In this document: positions 12,959-25,374 of the stretch, piece by piece
Layout of the letters: every line of letters begins with the position of its first letter
Position numbering within the stretch: the first letter of the stretch is position 1
Assembly: GCF_001194135.2 (NCBI RefSeq)
Contig: NC_068982.1
Span: forward strand, 56,179,144 to 56,238,855
Length of the DNA stretch: 59,712 nucleotides
Direction: 5' to 3'
DNA from: Octopus bimaculoides
Taxonomy: Eukaryota
The notes under the pieces: model-generated
Told to the model about the DNA's origin: nothing
Database searches by the model: none
The model's input: the letters and a program-made list of their open reading frames with translations, nothing else
Position numbers and translations under genes: made by a program

Positions 12959-13491
12959 ATCCTTCCCACATTATTCTGACCTTTCATATTTCAGGAATTT
13001 CTATCACGCATAGAACGTTTTAGCCCAATAACAAGTCGAGGAACACAGTCCATTGCTACCAGGAGAGTTTAAAAAGAGATGTACACCAGAGAATCTCTCA
13101 GATTCAATGTACATCACTGGAATCTCAGTATATGTAGTATATATCTGAGGTTCATTCTTCACAAACGTGAAATTTAATTCACACAGACATTAAGTCAATG
13201 TGTATTCTCAGTGATTAAATACCTCACTGAAATAAATTAAAATCATTGTGCGTCTATCTTTTCTGATATGTGTCTGCGTGTGTGTATATATATCTATGTG
13301 TGTTTATTTTTGTGTATGTGTGTATGTGTGTGTGTGTGTGTGTGTTTGTGTGTGTGTGCATACGTATATATAATATGCGTCTATGTGCATTGAGATCGCT
13401 TTGATGGAGGAAACAAAGACGGCTGAACTGACAAGGTGGGTGTACCGTCCTTACATCTCTTGCTATGAGATACGTCTCAGTTCAGTGTTAC

Positions 13492-13581
13492 CTGACCGTA
13501 AACAAATCTTGTGACACGCGATACAACGGGGTGACGGTGAAGGCGAGTATCAAGTCTCTTACAAAATTCTATCCCCCTCTC
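13492..13581 (-). CDS. Candidate 90-nt phase 0/0 exon, ERGIEFCKRLDTRLHRHPVVSRVTRFVYGQ
   Basis: Long T-tract then CTTACAAG acceptor, CAG/GTAACA donor, only one of three frames open; protein not recognised. Confidence 0.3.
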
Positions 13582-14009
13582 CTTGTAAGAAAAAAAAAAA
13601 AAAAGAACCCAGACAGAAACTTCACCGGTTCGGGTCCATTGATATCAGGTTTACAAACGAATAACAAATTGAACCTTCCAGTACATTTTTTCTTTTTTGG
13701 TCTGGGAAAATTTTTATTTTGTTTTTATATTTTTGTGATAGTTTCCATTTATTTTCTCACTCCTACGTCTTCTGATTGTTGTTGCTTACATCTTTTTTTT
13801 GTTGTTGCTTGCTGTTACATTTTTAAACCCCAGGTCAAACACTGACCGAATAGACATGTAACGAATGACATGTAACGGCCTTAGATATCTTGTGGCTATT
13901 TTCTGATAGTGATTTTGAGGAGGAAGAGCTGCTATTTCTGTTAGATTAAGTGATTATGTAGAAGCTCCCTCGCCTCGATGATTCCCGGTTTGCCTTCATA
14001 TTGGCTGCA

Positions 14010-14196
14010 AATTTCGGGGAAGAGGCTAAATTGGTTACATCAACCTCAGTGTTCAGCCGGTACTTATTTTTAACCATCTCGAAAGGGTGAAAGTCGAAGT
14101 CAACCTCGGCAAATTTTGAACTCAGAACATAAAGACGGACGAAACACCGATAAACATTTTGCCCAATGTGCTAACGATTCTGCCAGCTCACCGCTT
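14010..14196 (-). mobile_element. SINE family B, diverged
   Basis: TTTGAACTCAGAAC (B box, reverse) and GCTAACGATTCTGCCAGCTCACCGC head. Confidence 0.85.
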
Positions 14197-15304
14197 TTGA
14201 TTTACCTACGTATTGCCTTCCATTTTTAAAAACGATAATGGTAGAATCGGAGAGATTTGGTTGCTGTTTCGTGTAAATCATGCAAACTAGTACTGGTATC
14301 TCTGTTGACTCGTTTGTTTTTGTTGGTGATAAGTGTTATTCCTATTAATATGTATGGTGTTACTGGAGACAGTAATGGAGGAAGCAGTTAAAATGGCGTC
14401 GTAGTTTTTATTGTTATTTAGCATCAAGTGAGCTTTGATCAACAGAACTTCAATCAAAGGTGTTTCAGCCAAGAGTAGCCTCTCTGTTTTATATGTGAAA
14501 CTATATTCTCTGTAAGAATGATATAGGAATCATAATAGTGTCGGTGGTGCTGCTAGGGTCTACGGTGTTTGTCGTAGTGGTTTTTGTTTTCTTTGGAGCA
14601 GATTCCTAATCACAGATGTTCAAGTCTTGATAATGTATCAAGGATTACATCGCCCGATGTGTCCTTTTTTTTAGAGAAGTAAAGTACGATGCGATGGATA
14701 TTTGGCTGCTAGAAAATACCTAAGAAGTTGGCAATACGAACAAATTGTAGTAGTAGTAGTAGTAGTAGTGTCTAGATATTTCAGATACTTGTTCTCTTAA
14801 TGTAATTTTCACTGAAGAATTAATGTATCACATAGCAGTTTTTTTTTTAAATCAAAAGATAGAAGCCATCGTATGTGATAGCAAACAGTACCCGTCTACC
14901 AAGTATTACTCACATAGCTTTGGTCGATTACGGTTTAGGATAGAAAGAGCCTGGTTAAAAATGCCACATAACTGTGTTTGAACACAAAAGAGATAAACAC
15001 AGGTATATCAAATACCGTACAACATAAGTTTGTTTTGGTTTATCAAAATTGTTTCCGCCTCTAGAGAATATATCAGAGTTATCAAGGAAAAATTAAAACA
15101 AGCTCCAATTGAAAAAGGAATATTATCTTAAGAATCAAGAACTCTCCAAAGTTAGCAAGCCATTAACGAAAAGAATAGTCTTATTATCTGGAGATGAGAA
15201 GAGAGGTACGTCAACTTTTTAGTGTTCTTAATTCTTCAGATTATCTCGCGTTCTCAAGTGAAGTTTGTTTCTTAATTTGCCATTTGGTTATTATTAATAT
15301 AACA

Positions 15305-15398
15305 CTGATAAGTTAAGTACCTGTGAAACATTTGGGTCTATGTAATCGACTAGTCCCCTCCCCACAAAATTTCAGGCCTTGTGCCTATAATAGAAAGG
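15305..15398 (+). mobile_element. SINE family B, 5'-truncated
   Basis: Tail AAAATTTCAGGCCTTGTGCCTATAATAGAAAGG; flanked by ATTATTAATATAACA on both sides. Confidence 0.85.
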
Positions 15399-15416
15399 AT
15401 TATTAATATAACATTA

Positions 15417-15629
15417 AGGCGGCGAGCTGGTGGAATCGTTAGCACGCCGGGTAAAATGCTTAGCGACATTTCATCCTTCTTCGCGTTCCGAGTTCAAATT
15501 CCACCGAGGCCGATTTTGGCTTTCATGCTTTCGGGATCGATATATTAAGTACCAGTCGAGCACTGGGGTCGATGTATTCGGCTAGTGCCATCCCTCAAAA
15601 TTTCGGACCTTGTGCCTATAGTAGAAAGA
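15417..15629 (+). mobile_element. SINE family B, full length
   Basis: AGGCGGCGAGCTGG head, GAGTTCAAATTCC B box, ATTATTAATATAA TSD. Confidence 0.92.
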
Positions 15630-16088
15630 ATTATTAATATAATGTGTCCTCCTCTGGAAGCAGAAATAATTTTAATAAACCAAGAATGTATGTTGAATGG
15701 TGATTAATATACCTGTATTTGTGGGTGTTTTTCAGATATACACCACTGGCCACTCTTGGCACATCTTTGTTTGAACATAGAACCTTATCTCTGAGAAGCG
15801 AACTTATAGATCATCTGAACATTATCTAAAACAAAGAGAAAAGACGATGATACAATTTCCTGACATTTAATACGAGAACTTGAGAAATATATCGGTCGAC
15901 ACCTCTCAATTTTCAATATCCTAATGCTATCTTCTTACTTGATATCACTGCATACATGTATAGATATACCAATACCAGTCGCTCTTGCTCTCTCTCTCTC
16001 TCTCTCTCTCTCTTCTTCTTCTCTCTCCTTCACTCTCTTCCTGCTTGTTTGTGAGTGTGTGCGTGTTGGCGTCTATAACCCACCTTAT

Positions 16089-16164
<76 letters not shown>

Positions 16165-16973
16165 AGGATACATGGATAGATAGAGAAAGATTTAAAATCT
16201 TTCACAGTATATAAATATGCGTGCGCATAAATTCATGTATGTATATACGCTNNNNNNNNNNNNNNNNNNNNNNNNNNNNNNNNNNNNNNNNNNNNNNNNN
16301 NNNNNNNNNNNNNNNNNNNNNNNNNNNNNNNNNNNNNNNNNNNNNNNNNNNNNNNNNNNNNNNNNNNNNNNNNNNNNNNNNNNNNNNNNNNNNNNNNNNN
16401 NNNNNNNNNNNNNNNNNNNNNNNNNNNNNNNNNNNNNNNNNNNNNNNNNNNNNNNNNNNNNNNNNNNNNNNNNNNNNNNNNNNNNNNNNNNNNNNNNNNN
16501 NNNNNNNNNNNNNNNNNNNNNNNNNNNNNNNNNNNNNNNNNNNNNNNNNNNNNNNNNNNNNNNNNNNNNNNNNNNNNNNNNNNNNNNNNNNNNNNNNNNN
16601 NNNNNNNNNNNNNNNNNNNNNNNNNNNNNNNNNNNNNNNNNNNNNNNNNNNNNNNNNNNNNNNNNNNNNNNNNNNNNNNNNNNNNNNNNNNNNNNNNNNN
16701 NNNNNNNNNNNNNNNNNNNNNNNNNNNNNNNNNNNNNNNNNNNNNNNNNNNNNNNNNNNNNNNNNNNNNNNNNNNNNNNNNNNNNNNNNNNNNNNNNNNN
16801 NNNNNNNNNNNNNNNNNNNNNNNNNNNNNNNNNNNNNNNNNNNNNNNNNNNNNNNNNNNNNNNNNNNNNNNNNNNNNNNNNNNNNNNNNNNNNNNNNNNN
16901 NNNNNNNNNNNNNNNNNNNNNNNNNNNNNNNNNNNNNNNNNNNNNNNNNNNNNNNNNNNNNNNNNNNNNNNNN

Positions 16974-17012
<39 letters not shown>

Positions 17013-17014
<2 letters not shown>

Positions 17015-17569
17015 TTTTACCTTTCATTCTTTTATTCTTTTGTATGTTTCAGCCTTGAAGCTGCGGCCATGCTGGGGCACCGCCAGTGTTCATCGATCGA
17101 ACGGTCGGTCGTTATCAACAACGGTCGCCGCCGCTACTGTGGTGGTAGCGGGCGGTGGTGCCTGCTTGACGGGTGGAGCGAGCGGTGTAGAGGACCGCGT
17201 GTTCCTCGAGACACCGACGCGACCGCTTGGTACTTATTCTATTGGTCCCATTTGCCGATCCGCTAGCTGACGGAGACATAAACACACTGACACCAGTTGT
17301 CAAGCGGTGGTGGAGGAGAAACACAGACGCAAAAGCAGGCACACACGTACATACATTAATAGATACATACATACATACATACATACATGCATACACACAC
17401 ACATATACACAATAGGCGTATTTCAGTTTTCATCTACCAGACCCACTCACATGGTTTTGGTCAACTCGAGACTATAGTAAAAGACACTTGTCCAAGTTGT
17501 CATACAGTGGGACCGAACCGGGAACCACGTGGTTGTAAAGCAAGCTTTTTACCACACAGCTACGCCTAC
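17013..17569 (-). mobile_element. SINE family C, full length, carrying an extra GC-rich insert
   Basis: Both modules present; internal (TACA)n; 17102-17226 is absent from other copies in the window. Confidence 0.85.
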
Positions 17570-18011
17570 GCGTAACCATCTCCGTGTTTCTAAAGTGAAG
17601 CTTTGAGATTATTGTAATGTGGATTCTCCATTGGCGATGTCTCCGCTCAAGTGGGTGTATCTCGTCGGTGCACTGTTACACATAATGTCTCACAAAGAAC
17701 TATTACAAAGAACAGATGCTATCAGGAATGTCTGGCAAGTTCTTACTAGTTCTTAGTATTTAATAAAAACTTTGGCAGCAGAAGCTATTAATGGAATATT
17801 TATTTTGCAGAGCTTTTGTATCATGCTATATACACAACACGTTGAAATTTCGGTTTGTAGCTGTGTGGTAAGAGGTTTGCTTCTCAGTCACATGGTCCCG
17901 GGTTCACTCCCACTGCGTGACATCTTGGACAACTGTCTAGTATTATAATCTCGGGCCAACCAAAGCCTTGTGAGTGGATTTAGTAGACAAAAACTGAAAA
18001 AGAAGCCCGTC

Positions 18012-18096
<85 letters not shown>

Positions 18097-18428
18097 AGGT
18101 AAAAACTCCCTTCTGTCGTAAATGACCATGGGATTGCACTTAGAAAGTTACCCTCCAAGGCTCAAGTCCTGGCAAGTACGTTTATGGAAGACCAGCAGTC
18201 GCCCATGCATACCAGCCTCCCCTCTTCACGCCACCGATGTTATCCAAGGGAAAGGCAAAGACCGATACAACTTGGCACCAGTGATGTCGCAACTCATTTC
18301 TACAGCTGAGTGAAGTGGAGCAATGTGAAATAAAGTGTCTTGCTCAAGAACCCAACAAACAGCCCGGTCCGGGAATCGAACTTACTACCTCATGATTGTT
18401 AATCCGACGCTCTAACCACTGAGCCATG
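18097..18428 (-). mobile_element. SINE with CORE-like head and a distinct tail
   Basis: GGGAATCGAAC B box (reverse), AAGTGTCTTGCTCAAG central domain, tail ending AGGTAAAAACTCCCTT (reverse). Confidence 0.85.
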
Positions 18429-18544
18429 TATGCATGTATATCTATATATCTATATATAATAATATAAATAATATATAAATATATGCATATATATATATAT
18501 ACATATATGTACATACCTACATATATATGTATATATACATGCAT

Positions 18545-18730
18545 ATATGGGTACAGGACATCAAAAAACCGTAGACAAAATGAGAAACGAGGACATAAAA
18601 CAGAAACATATAAAACGAACTTTTTATCGAACAACGAAAGAAACAAACAAACAGAGAAACGAGACAGGCAGTATAAAAAAAACATTCCCTTCATCAGTTG
18701 TCCCTTGTTTTATCTACTCCGCGTTTCGCA
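18545..18730 (-). mobile_element. Penelope-type LTR-like fragment, second family
   Basis: Homologous to 11476-11627; minus strand carries CGAAACG and CTGATGAAG motifs. Confidence 0.55.
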
Positions 18731-19548
18731 TGTCTTTGTGTCTGTGTTTGTACCCCCAACCGCATGATAACCTGTGTTGGTATCTCCCCGAAACTTTATG
18801 TGTCTGTAACTTAGCGGTTCAGCAAAAGAACCGATAGGACAGGCACCAAACTTTAAAACAACAAGTACTGGGATCGGTTTGTTTGAGTAAACCCTTCAAG
18901 GCAGTGCCACAGCATGGCAGTAGTCTAATGACTGAAACAAGTAAAGGACAAAAGTTATGTATAATACTGGGCTATATAGAATGTACATCAGGCTTTCGGG
19001 ATACGGAAAAATGCGCTTTAGCCACGCATTATACACAGGTAAACGTGATACTTCTGTCTTAAAATGCTAAGCTATATGATGCGTACACAGATGTCAAACA
19101 CCTGTTATACTTAATATAATCTAAGATAAATGGTTGACAGTCTGAACTGTTCATACTTTTTTTTATTTTTTTTAGAAAGAATTGAATGAAGCTCATCTGA
19201 GGCAACTACTGAAAGTCTGTCGGTAACGAAAAAAGTTAATTTATATTCGTAAAATTAGATCAGTTTCTGTGTCATGAGAAGTGAGCAAATAGCACTTCCG
19301 TTTTTTTTTCTCTTTCAAGCTGTAAGGAGTGTAAATAGCGACGATGTTAGATGCCTGTACGAAAGTTCTCAACTCACTTCTCTTCACGACACACAGACTT
19401 ATTTTACTAGTCATGCAAACGTATTTTAACATCACAATACTACATGTATTACGAGGAATGGTGAGAATGGTGCTGCTCTTTAATTTCGGACTAGATGATT
19501 CTTTTTGACTGCCAGAAGCATTAGTAATCATATCTTCTAATAGGCGTA

Positions 19549-19610
<62 letters not shown>

Positions 19611-19840
19611 ACCCTCTCTCACCCTCTTTCTCGTCTGCCCTAACTGTCTCCCTCTGCTTGCAGCTGACACGTGACACGTAACCAGCCTTTTCTTTTCTTT
19701 CTCTCTCTCTCTTTTTTACACCGGCCGCGAAACTGACCGGTCCAAAATTCTCTAGTCCCCACTAGTAGCTGTCTCGTTGTTTGTCGTCCTTCTGTTTCTG
19801 ATCCTTTAGGATTCCCCTCTAACGGTTACCTATGATTCGT

Positions 19841-20010
19841 TTTCATTTGGCCTTGAGGCTGCATTCTGTTCGCTTTTTATCTATTTCGTTTGTCCTTCGT
19901 CCATCGCCTTGAATTACATTTATTCACTTTCGTGAATACAGCATGTTATCCATGTATTGTTTGTTCTCGGTTCAACATTCTCCGCAACACTTGCGGACGC
20001 CACCAGCTAG
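19841..20010. repeat. Interspersed repeat, copy 1 of a direct pair
   Basis: GGCTGCATTCTG...TGTCCTTCGTCCATCGCCTTGAATTACATTTAT shared with 21253-21450. Confidence 0.75.
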
Positions 20011-20326
20011 GAAGCATAGCAGTTTGAGCATAATGGCGCGAAACTGTGTAATACCATCCGGTTGATGACTGATGAAGAATTAGGGGCCTTCTGTTTCTAT
20101 TTTCCGTCCGTTTGCGCATTTATTATACGTTTTTTTTAAACTTACCATTCTATGTCCGTTTATTTATTTATGCATTTATTATACATTTTTCACTTATTAT
20201 TATCATTATTATTATTAATATTATTATATAATTTAATCATCACTAATTATGAGTGAGGGTACTGAATAGTACTTATATTGCAAGAAATAGGAGTTAGAAC
20301 ACTTAATACTGCGTGAACCCACGCAG

Positions 20327-20365
<39 letters not shown>

Positions 20366-21252
20366 NNNNNNNNNNNNNNNNNNNNNNNNNNNNNNNNNNN
20401 NNNNNNNNNNNNNNNNNNNNNNNNNNNNNNNNNNNNNNNNNNNNNNNNNNNNNNNNNNNNNNNNNNNNNNNNNNNNNNNNNNNNNNNNNNNNNNNNNNNN
20501 NNNNNNNNNNNNNNNNNNNNNNNNNNNNNNNNNNNNNNNNNNNNNNNNNNNNNNNNNNNNNNNNNNNNNNNNNNNNNNNNNNNNNNNNNNNNNNNNNNNN
20601 NNNNNNNNNNNNNNNNNNNNNNNNNNNNNNNNNNNNNNNNNNNNNNNNNNNNNNNNNNNNNNNNNNNNNNNNNNNNNNNNNNNNNNNNNNNNNNNNNNNN
20701 NNNNNNNNNNNNNNNNNNNNATATATATATATATGGGTGTATGCGTGTGTGTAATACTTGCTTTGTTTTGTTTTATTTTAATTTGCTGTTTACTTGTTGT
20801 TTTGTTTTATTTTAATTGAATTCTTGTTTATTGTCAACTGAAGCTAGGGGGCGTCGTTTACCACATCCTGTGAATGTTATACCTTCGTTATATCCTGCCC
20901 GGTGGATTATATTCTAACTACGCCGAATAATGGCCACGTGACATGCATCGGAGATTCGTGTTTTATTCCACTTCCAATGGTCATCGTGAAATACGATCTC
21001 GCTATCGTGAGACTAAATTTATACTAAGCGTATAAAACAAAAAATTCATTCAGCACACATGCACTCACACAGACATTCTCTTCCCTCACACAAAAGTAGA
21101 GATGAAATTCAAATACATACTTTGACTATCTCTGACTTGCTTATATTTTATGCTACACATAAAAGATTTTCGAGAATTTTATTGGTGATTGGAAAAGCAA
21201 AATTTAGGGTTTGTTGAAAGGTAGCTTTCATGGACAAATACAGATATTATCA

Positions 21253-21450
21253 GTTTCATCTGGCCTTTAGGCTGCATTCTGCTCATTTTTTTATTTATTT
21301 ATTTCGTCTGTCCTTCGTCCATCGCCTTGAATTACATTTATCCACTTTCGTATGTCTGCTTCTGTATCGCCTATTACCCCTGTATTGTTTGTTTGCTCTC
21401 GGTCCAATATCCTCCGCAACCCTTGTGGACACTATTAGCTGCGAAACACC
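21253..21450. repeat. Interspersed repeat, copy 2 of a direct pair
   Basis: Same orientation as 19841-20010, 1.4 kb apart. Confidence 0.75.
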
Positions 21451-21451
21451 A

Positions 21452-21647
21452 CACAAGGCTGGCAGTTTTGGGAGAACGTGCAAGTTGATAACATCGACCC
21501 CAGTGCTTGAGTGATACTTATTTTCTCGACTTCGAAAGGATGGAACGCAAAGTCGACCTCAGCGGAATTTGAACTCAGAACGTAAAGACAGACGAAATGC
21601 CGCTAAGCATTTTTCCCGGCGTGCAAACGATTCTGTCAGATCACCAC
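21452..21647 (-). mobile_element. SINE family B
   Basis: AAAGTCGACCTCAGCGGAATTTGAACTCAGAACGTAAAG core. Confidence 0.9.
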
Positions 21648-21666
21648 ATTAGATACAGATATTATT

Positions 21667-22254
21667 CTTTTCTACTATAGGCACAAGGCTTGTAATTTTT
21701 GGGGAGGGGTCCAGTCGATTTTGTTGGCACTCCATCGGTTACGACGACGAGGGTTCCAGTTGGTCCGTTCAACGGAACAGCCTGCTCGTGAAATTAAAGT
21801 GCAAGTGGCTGAGCACTCCACAGACACGTGTACCCTTAACGTAGTTCTCAGGGGAAATTCAGCGTGACACAGAGTGTGACAAGGCTGGCCCTTTGAAATA
21901 CAGGTACACCAGAAACAGAAAGATAGAGTGAGAGAAAGTTGTGGTGAAAGAGTACAACAGGGTTCGCCACCGCCCCCTGCCGGAGCTTCGTGGAGCTTTA
22001 GGTGTTTTCGCTCAATAAACATTCACAACGCCCGGTCTAGGAATCGAAACCGCGAGTCCGCTGCCCTAACCACTGGGCCATTGCGCCTCCACTGGTCCAG
22101 TCGATTAGATCGACCCCAATACGCAATTGATACTTAATTTATCGACCCCGAAAGGATGAAAAACAAAGGCAGATTTGAATTCAGAACGTAAAGACAGACG
22201 AAATACCGCTAAGTATTTCGCCTGGCGTGCTAACGTCTCAGGCAGCTCGCCGTT
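21667..22254 (-). mobile_element. SINE family B interrupted by a family-A SINE
   Basis: Halves 21667-21720 and 22094-22254; outer TSD TTAGA(T/A)ACAGATATTATT at 21649-21666 and 22255-22272. Confidence 0.9.
21721..22093 (-). mobile_element. SINE family A nested in SINE B
   Basis: 13-bp TSD GGTCCAGTCGATT at 21708-21720 and 22094-22106. Confidence 0.93.
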
Positions 22255-22332
22255 TTAGAAACAGATATTATTGCTAACCAAATAACCATAAGAATGAAAA
22301 AAATTGAAGAACAGCGGGAAAATCACTATCTT

Positions 22333-22548
22333 ACCTTTAATCTATTATTTATTTCAGTCATTGGACAGCGGCTATGCTGGAGCACCAGCTTCAAGGGTTT
22401 TGTCAAGAAAAAAAAAATCGATCCCGATACTTTTTTAAAGTCTGACACATTCTATCGGTGTCTTTTGTCGAACCAACCGCTAACTTACAGGGACGTAAAC
22501 AAGCCAACATTGGTTGTCAAGAAATGGTGGTGGAGAGAAGCACAAAGA
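22333..22548 (-). mobile_element. SINE family C 3' module
   Basis: TTTCAGTCATTGG...GCTATGCTGGAGCACC...CCGCTAACTTACAGGGACGTAAAC. Confidence 0.8.
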
Positions 22549-23154
22549 CATACATCGACCCCGAAAGGATGACAAGCAAAGTCAGCCTCGACAGAATTTT
22601 AACTTAGAAACTAAAGTCGTAAGAAATATCACGAAACAATTCTCTCAAATCAGAAAAAGCGAGAAAATATGTGTTTCTGTATTTACTGTGTTTGTTGTAC
22701 AGATTGAGTGTTGGGCTTACGGACGCAGGTTCGATTACTACTGCGGTCAGTGCGCTATCTTCTAAAGCATAGCACTTTATTTCACGCTGCCCCTGTCTAC
22801 TTAGCTGAAAATTACTATCAGACAAATGCCAGTGCATCTCTCTCTCTCTTTCTTTCTCTATCGGTTTCCATTTCTCTTCATCATCCTCAATGTTCGACTG
22901 GTTTACGGGCGAGAATGTTGAAAGGTTCACTGTGTCCCCTCGCGATTACATAGGCAGCTAAAACAATTAGCGAAAGTATAGTACATATTACCAAGTAATA
23001 CAAGCTTGCCAGTGACGGCTATCATTGGATTGATATAGTAACTGAATGCTTAACTTTATGAATCAAGGCCTCTTCACTTATCGAGGTAACTACTATAGAA
23101 AGAATTTTGATTTTTTTTTTCTTCAATGATTACCAAACACACAGACATATGAAT

Positions 23155-23168
23155 AGATAGTTAGTTAA

Positions 23169-23226
<58 letters not shown>

Positions 23227-23227
23227 C

Positions 23228-23269
<42 letters not shown>

Positions 23270-23425
23270 CACATAGATAGATAATTAGATAGATAGATAG
23301 ATAGATAAGTAAATAGATAGATAGACAAAAAGATAGATAGTTAGATAGATAGGCAGATAGATAGACACATAGATAGATATATAGACAGATAAATAAATAG
23401 ATAGATAGATTGATAGATAGATAAG
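23155..23425. repeat. (GATA)n microsatellite, pure then degenerate
   Basis: Direct reading. Confidence 0.95.
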
Positions 23426-23826
23426 TTTATAGTTTATGTGTGTATATGTAGATGTGTTTCTGTATCCCGAGATACGTATACGCATAAAAATGAAATAGTG
23501 TTTTTTTCCTGGATATTTCAAGTTAAAAAATATAAAAATATAGGATAAGAGGAAATAGAGAAAATTGCAGAGTCGTAAGAAACGCAGAAAAAGAAATTTC
23601 TTTTTTAATGTTCTAAACTTGAAATTGAAAACGAACAAAAAGGAATTTGAAAAACAGAGAGATAAAAAGACAGAAGGAAACGAGCTAAAAAAAGAAAGAA
23701 AGAAAGAAGCAATCACACAAAGACGGGGGTGGGTATAGTCAAAAGGAAGTTAAATTTCTGTGATATTTGATCAGCTTTTACTCACCCTTTAAATAAACTA
23801 ACTACTTTTCACCTACAGCTGTCCTT

Positions 23827-23870
<44 letters not shown>

Positions 23871-23885
23871 GTTCATGACTGCCTA

Positions 23886-23921
<36 letters not shown>

Positions 23922-24131
23922 CATATATATATATATATGCATGTTTATATATACATACATGCATACATACACATATGTGTGTGTGTATGTGTGTATGTGG
24001 TGTGTGTATGTATGCATGTCTGTATGTACGTTAGTATAGTTTACGAATGTGCTTTACACACACATATACATATGTAATGTATCTGTGTCTGTATATAGAT
24101 GTATATGCACATATGTATGTATGTATGTATG

Positions 24132-24180
<49 letters not shown>

Positions 24181-24751
24181 GGACACATATACGCTCAAGA
24201 CATACGCCTAAAAACATACATGCACCCACATATACACACATCTATAAATAAATTATATATACATATACACACATATATATATATATATCAACACACATGA
24301 TCAAGTTCTTTTTTTTTTATTTCAGTAGGTTGTTCTTGATGACATACACAGTCGAGATGAGATGACATTTGAAGAAATGTTACAACCAGGTGTTCGCTGT
24401 ACGCTGTACGTTGGATGTTACTTGTTTCTTGTGTGTTGATGTTGGGAGTAGTTTAGTTATTGGTGAGGAGAATTTTGATCAGGTGATGGCGGTAGTTTCT
24501 TGGTGGTAATGGCAAAAGATATATTTTTTTTTTTGCATTTTTTGTTGATTTTTGTGAGGGTTGGCATGGTGGTGATGATAGTGACTGCGGTGGTCTCGTT
24601 AGTCTGGTTTCGCCAGGTCGAGTGAAGCCTAGAATATGTCCAGCTGTAGTACCGGTAAATTTTGATGATTCTGTTGATAAGAGTCAAACGCCTTTCAGTG
24701 ATGCTGATGGATGTAATGATCATCACGTTGTTCATATTGGTGATGGTAACC

Positions 24752-24929
24752 ATAGTCATCGTCATCATCGTCATCGTTGTCATCATCGTCGACGTTGTCA
24801 TCGTCATCATGATCATGATCATCGTCGTCGTCGTCGTCATCGTCAACGTCGTCGTCGTCGTCGTCGTCCTCCTCCTCCTCGTCGTCGTCGTCGTCCTCCT
24901 CCTCCTCCTCCTCCTCCTCCTCCTCCTCC

Positions 24930-24974
<45 letters not shown>

Positions 24975-24987
24975 CCACCACCACCAT
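24752..24987. repeat. Compound trinucleotide array CAT/CGT to CCT to CAT to CAC
   Basis: Single triplet register maintained for about 235 nt. Confidence 0.95.
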
Positions 24988-25374
24988 CCGTCTCCCATAA
25001 ATTTCTCTTGCGAAGATTGGAAATGCTATCATTAATATTGATTAAATTATTCTCAAGGTAGAGAGGGTCTCAGAACTTTCGATGCATTCCCAAATTAATG
25101 GAGTCACAGTTATTTCTATCTTTTTTTACTGTACTTAGCAGGCAAACACTTCTTTAAATGACAAAATGTTAAACACCTAATTGAGAGAAGACCCGTTGGA
25201 TCAACCATGGCAGTCGTGTTGGCGATAACTCTAGAGTTGTCGTTTCTCTTGAAAATTTGGCAAGTCAGGGTGAATATGCGACTTTTTTCCGAACAATTTT
25301 AATAAAATATAATAATGAACGCATAAGTTTTAACGCTGATAACACCATTGTTGTTATGGTTCAACCTAGTAACT

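Larger units (their letters stand above)
17857..18954 (+). mobile_element. SINE family C split by two insertions inside its internal microsatellite
   Basis: Head 17857-18012, tail 18733-18954. Confidence 0.8.

Noticed and set aside
18690-18735. GAAAC...CTGATGA order as a type II hammerhead (also about 11590-11625 and 20035-20080)
   Set aside because: Helix I cannot be formed next to the core in any copy
19841-21450. Direct repeat pair as LTRs of one retrotransposon
   Set aside because: No TG...CA ends, PBS, PPT or shared TSD seen; the interior is microsatellite and gap
24326-24655. Plus-strand exon pair VVLDDIHSRDEMTFEEMLQPG / RVKPRICPAVVP
   Set aside because: Weak first donor (GTGTTC), unrecognised peptide and equally plausible minus-strand readings
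24622-25035. His/Pro/Arg-rich or poly-Met ORFs as real proteins
   Set aside because: Open only because these triplet repeats lack stops; no non-repetitive coding context
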